Of a DNA stretch of 23,506 nt, positions 18,122 to 23,506 are shown piece by piece. Both the position numbers and the translations under genes were made by a program. The first letter of the stretch is position 1; every line of letters starts with the position of its first letter. The DNA is from Fonticula alba ATCC 38817 (taxonomy: Eukaryota > Protista > Nucleariida), in the NCBI GenBank assembly GCA_000388065.2, contig KB932207.1. The stretch is one strand, 5' to 3'. The notes under the pieces were generated by a model. That model was not told where the DNA came from, did not search any database, and saw only the letters and a list, made by a program, of their open reading frames with translations.

Positions 18122-19082
18122 ACCCGAAGGCGAGGCCGCCCTCCCCTCCCCCGCCCTCTTCCTGGTGGAACTAGCCAAATACAGACCCCCAAGTCAGAAC
18201 CCCAAGTCAGAACCCACCCCCCACACATACACACCCGGAAGCGGGGAACCCCGGGGGAGGGATGTCTCTTCTTGCTTTTGGGAGGGGGGGCGTGTGCGGC
18301 GCGCGGGCAGAGAAACAACCAGCCGGACACCCTCCCCTCTCCGGCCGGCCCAGCGGGAACGCCACCAGTCGCGGGAGGGAAGACATGTGCGTGCACAGCC
18401 GCCTGCCTGCCTGCCTGCCGCACGTGCCTCAGAGAATCGGAGTGGGGGGGGAAGGAGTCTGGCTGTGGCGAGACGGGGCGCCTGTGGCACTGCACCGGCG
18501 TGCGCGCGACCGCGGCCCGCACCACCAAACCATCACACAAACACCCCCCCCCTCTGGGCGCGCGTGCAAACCAGGACACCGTGCGAGCCCGACACACCGA
18601 GCCGCCCCCGCGCCTCCCCGGAAAGAACATTGTGGAAGGCCCGCCCCCCGCCCAGCCACCGCGCGCCGCGCCATGTAGTACGCCCACGAGAGAAAAACAC
18701 TGAGAGAAGAGGATGAAGGACAGGATGATGCATAGCTGGGGGTTCTCAAGGTGTGTATTAAGAGAGCCAAAGAGGCACAAGCATGCGCGGGGGGGCACCC
18801 GCCCGCGCCAAAAAGGCTCGAAGATCCTAAGCCACCGCGAGAGAGGGAGAGAGCAAGGGGATCCCCTCACTCCTCCGCCAGGAAGGAGAGGGCGACCGTG
18901 GGGCCGACCGGGGGCAGGGCCAGCGGCCGCCGGGGCGCGCGCACGCGGGCTGTCCGCGAGCAGCGGCGGCCCGAGGCGGCCGACAAGAGGAGGCACCCGC
19001 CGCCGGGGCCGGCACCACAGCCGGAGTCCTTCGGCCAACGACCGGCGGCTCGCGCCGGCGCGCTGCCAAGCACACGAGGCGC

Positions 19083-20216
<1,134 letters not shown>

Positions 20217-20311
20217 TTAGGAGGAGGAGGGAGAAAAGAACTGAAGCCAACGGGAAGGGAGGTTTCAATCCGGTGAAGACAAGTGCTGTACGCTGGGCCG
20301 CCTGCCCGGGG

Positions 20312-20320
20312 CTTTATATA
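20312..20320 (-). promoter_or_regulatory. TATA box of the actin gene (TATATAAAG)
   Basis: An isolated AT-rich canonical TATA in GC-rich DNA ~100 nt upstream of the ATG, followed by a pyrimidine-rich leader and TTCACC-ATG. Confidence 0.8.
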
Positions 20321-20684
20321 CCCCCCCCCCGCTGCTCCGGCCGTGGCGGGGCACCGGCACCGGCCCGAGAGCACACGTCCCGGGCTTGCCCGGCCGCCGC
20401 CACCGCCGCCGCCGCCGCCGCCCCACACACGGCTACCCCCCCCCCGCCCGGCCGGCCGGCTGGCCGGCACCCAGTGGCCTCCCTAGCTGGCTGAGGCCGC
20501 GGCCGCCCCCCGCCGCGGAGTAGCACACCGGACTGACGAGACACGCCCCAACAAGCCGCACCCCGGCCTCCCCCGCCGCCCCCAGGGGACGGGGAGTGTG
20601 CCGCGGCCACCGCTGGGGGCAAGGCCGCCGCGCCCACAGCACAACACACCTCTCCTCCCTCCGCCCCCCGCCCCGGTAACCATC

Positions 20685-20730
20685 AGCCAGCCAGCCAGCC
20701 GGCCAGCCAGCCAGCCAGCCAGCCAGCCGG
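20685..20730. repeat. (CCAG)n tetranucleotide repeat upstream of actin
   Basis: CAGCCAGCC... array with occasional CCGG interruptions; a shorter copy lies at ~21940-21958. Confidence 0.85.
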
Positions 20731-21502
20731 CTGGGGGAATGCACCGCCGGCGCGCCAGGTCCTCAATGGAATTCCAGCTAATATCGCCAGACACAGGATA
20801 AACAATAAACCCTCCCCCTTGGCCGCCCCCCGGCGGCGGGGCACGGGCACTGGCGCGCCGGCGCCTCGCCCGGCGGCGGCCATTGGCGGAGGCACGGAAA
20901 ATCCCCTCCTCCCCCCGGTCTGGGGGCCCGCGCCGGGCAAGGGCCGCGCCGGCAGGAGGCCGGCCGCACGCCGCGCGCTTGGCCGACCCGGCGGTGGCGA
21001 GCGACCACCGCTCGCCCGCACCCGCCCGCGCCCGAGGCAGGCCCAAGGAATTTCGCGCGGCTGTGGCGACAGCGCCCAGCCCCGGGACCGTGTCGACGGC
21101 CGGCCGCGGCAGCCGCCGTGCTTCGCCCCCCACAGCGGCCGGGCACGCCGGCGCCGCGCGCTCTCCCGCCCCCCCGCCCCGGCGGACGCACAGCCCCTGG
21201 ACGCCTCCCAGGTCTCCCGGCAACGGCCCCCCTCGGGTGCTGCCTCAAACCGCGCTCAGCCGGCCGGCCGCCCGAGAGAGGGGCCGAGACGCCCGGGGCC
21301 CGGCCCGGGCCGGGCGCCCGGCAGGAAGTCCGCGCACCCCCAGCCGGCGATGACGCCTGCGACGTCTTTGGACGCCGTAGGCGAACTTTGCCGCCCAGAG
21401 CCGGCGGGGCAGCCCACAGCGCACGCGCCTATTCGCACACCAAATGAGGCCGGCAGATGCACGCATTTGTCCCCCCCCCCCCCCCCGCCTGCGCCGGCGA
21501 CG

Positions 21503-21556
<54 letters not shown>

Positions 21557-21558
21557 CG

Positions 21559-21597
<39 letters not shown>
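21503..21597. repeat. Poly-C tracts (53 C, then GCG, then a second long C run)
   Basis: Read directly. Confidence 0.9.
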
Positions 21598-21598
<1 letters not shown>

Positions 21599-22551
21599 GC
21601 CCAGCCATGCCTGCTTTGTTGTCGCGCACACGCGCGCTCGTAGCCTGCCGCGCCCTGCCCCCAGCGGCCTGGGGTGGGCGCGGGGGGCGGGCGCGCCGGA
21701 GGGGGGAGGGGGCCGAGCAGCCCCCCGGCCGAGGAATGGGTGCGCATACCGCGCCGAGGCCCGCGCGCGCGCCTGCCCACATACTTGTCTAATGGCGGCA
21801 TCGCATTCGGGGGCCCTCCACCCCCCTCACCCCCGGCTGACCGCGGCCTCCGGGGGGCGGAACGCCCTGCCCCGCCCCCGCCCCCCCCCCTCCCCCTGGT
21901 GCCCGCTGCGCCCCCTCCAGAGGCAAGACATGAGCGGCTGGCCAGCCAGCCAGCCCAGCGCTCGGCGTCGCGGCGTGCCACTCCCCCACCACCCCCCCCT
22001 GCCCGGCGGCGCCCGGCAACCGACCGAGGCGCCTCCTGCACGGAGGGCCCCCTCCCCCGAGGGCACCGCGATTCCCGCATCACGCTTAGGATCCGCTCGG
22101 GCCAGCACGCCGGCGGACGCTGATTGGTCAACGCGCGGAAAATAGCCCGCCCCCGGCCTCGTACACCCCCCGAGGGCCGCTTGCGCCCTCTCCCCCCCCC
22201 CCCCCCCGGCCGTCGTTGCCCCAGAGCATACTACTCGACCCGCCCGGCACGCCGGGGCGCCCGGTCCGCGGCCCCAGCTCCTGCCCGAGGGCGGCCCGGC
22301 GAGACTCCCCACACGCCCCGGGCATGGCCCCAACCCCATGAGCTGGAATGTGTCACCTGAGACCCAGCACCCCGCCCTCGCGCCCGCCGCCCCGGCGCCA
22401 GCGCCACACCCTCTCTCAGGGTCCCGACGCGCCGCCCCGCCCCACCCGGGACGCGGGACTCGGGCAAGCAACAGGGCCGCCGGGGCGCGCCGTCACCCCT
22501 CGCGCCGACACATCAACAGCTGCGCCCCCTGGGCCGCGCTCGCCCGCTCGT

Positions 22552-22553
<2 letters not shown>

Positions 22554-22609
<56 letters not shown>

Positions 22610-22676
22610 ACCGCGCCCCCCCCCCCCCCCCCCCCCCCCGCCCCCCCCCCCCCCCCCGGGCCCCCCCCCCCCCCCT
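22554..22676. repeat. Poly-C tracts (56 C plus further interrupted runs)
   Basis: Read directly. Confidence 0.9.
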
Positions 22677-23506
22677 GCCTCGGTCCCGGGCCAGACGCCG
22701 GCCGGCCCGCCCTCGAAGGCGTTCGCCCGCATGTCCTCCGGCGCCCGAACACCTCTGTCAAGTGTGTCGGCCCTCAGCCCCTTCTCGCCGCTTCCTGGCC
22801 CCGGATGTGGCGCCCCCCTGCGCCCGCGCCCGCGCCCGCGCCCGGCACCCGCCCGGGCGACCATGCGGCTCGGCCCGCGGATGGGGGCGCGCCACACTGT
22901 CGCCGTTGCTGCTGCCGCCGTCGCCGGTTGTCGCCGCCGCCCTCCTCCAGGGGGCATGTCGGCAAGGCCACGCACCCCGGACAAGCGCCCCTACTTCGGG
23001 GGCGCCGGACTGCCGGTGGCTCCTGTCCGCCGCCGGCTCAGCCCGGCACGCCCTTCGGCCAGGCTGGCGCGCCGGGCCCGGTCTTCACCGGTGTTGCCGC
23101 CTCCACACGCAGGGGAATGGCCCGGCCGGTGTGCCGCGCCGGGCCGGCCCTCTCAGGCGGGCGTCGAACTGCCCCGCCTACTGCGTCGTTGATTGGTCGG
23201 TGCCGGAATAATGGCCCTCCCCGCCGACCCTCTTGGACATACCCGGGCGACCGCCTCGCCGCTAGGGTTACCGTGCACCGAACACGCTGCCGTGCGTGCA
23301 CACGGGCGCCCAGCCCAGTGTGGCATTAATCCGCCAAGGCGGACCACGGGTTAACCCGATTAAGGAACATCACACCGCCACCACGAGATCCACACAGCAC
23401 GCCGCCACACCGCCGCCCATTTCCCCCGCCCATCCAATACGTTGCCCCCACGTCAAGAGGGACACTTTGCCACCCCCATCCGCCTCCTCGTCAAGTCCCC
23501 CCCCCC

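Noticed and set aside
22338-23211. ORFs of 284 and 287 aa in the upstream region
   Set aside because: Composition is driven by poly-C (poly-Pro); no conserved motif or convincing splice pattern. A real gene start here cannot be fully excluded.

Overview
Very GC-rich eukaryotic DNA with spliceosomal introns, long poly-C/poly-G runs and three N gaps. The actin sequence and intron style suggest a unicellular opisthokont on the fungal side such as Fonticula; this is an inference, not checked. Seven protein genes could be assembled by hand with GT-AG introns that keep frame: THUMPD1/Tan1-like (+), a ~1010-aa BAR-PH-SH3 protein (-), a DHHC palmitoyltransferase (+), TAF7 (-), a YdfG-like NADP-dependent short-chain dehydrogenase (+), a matrin/U1-type zinc-finger gene resembling ZMAT5 (+, tentative) and an intronless actin (-) with a TATA box and more than 3 kb of apparently non-coding upstream DNA. 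Most ORFs in the supplied track are GC-rich shadow frames. The leads most worth following are: (1) a structured ~190-nt insert in intron 1 of the dehydrogenase, behind a complete cryptic 3' splice site and partly fitting an HDV-like ribozyme fold; (2) probable bacterial origin of that dehydrogenase; (3) a GRAF/oligophrenin-like BAR-PH-SH3 protein with no GAP domain; (4) a possible minor-spliceosome protein; (5) a +4C-dominated 5' splice-site consensus. All family comparisons use reference sequences recalled from memory; no searches or folding programs were run.
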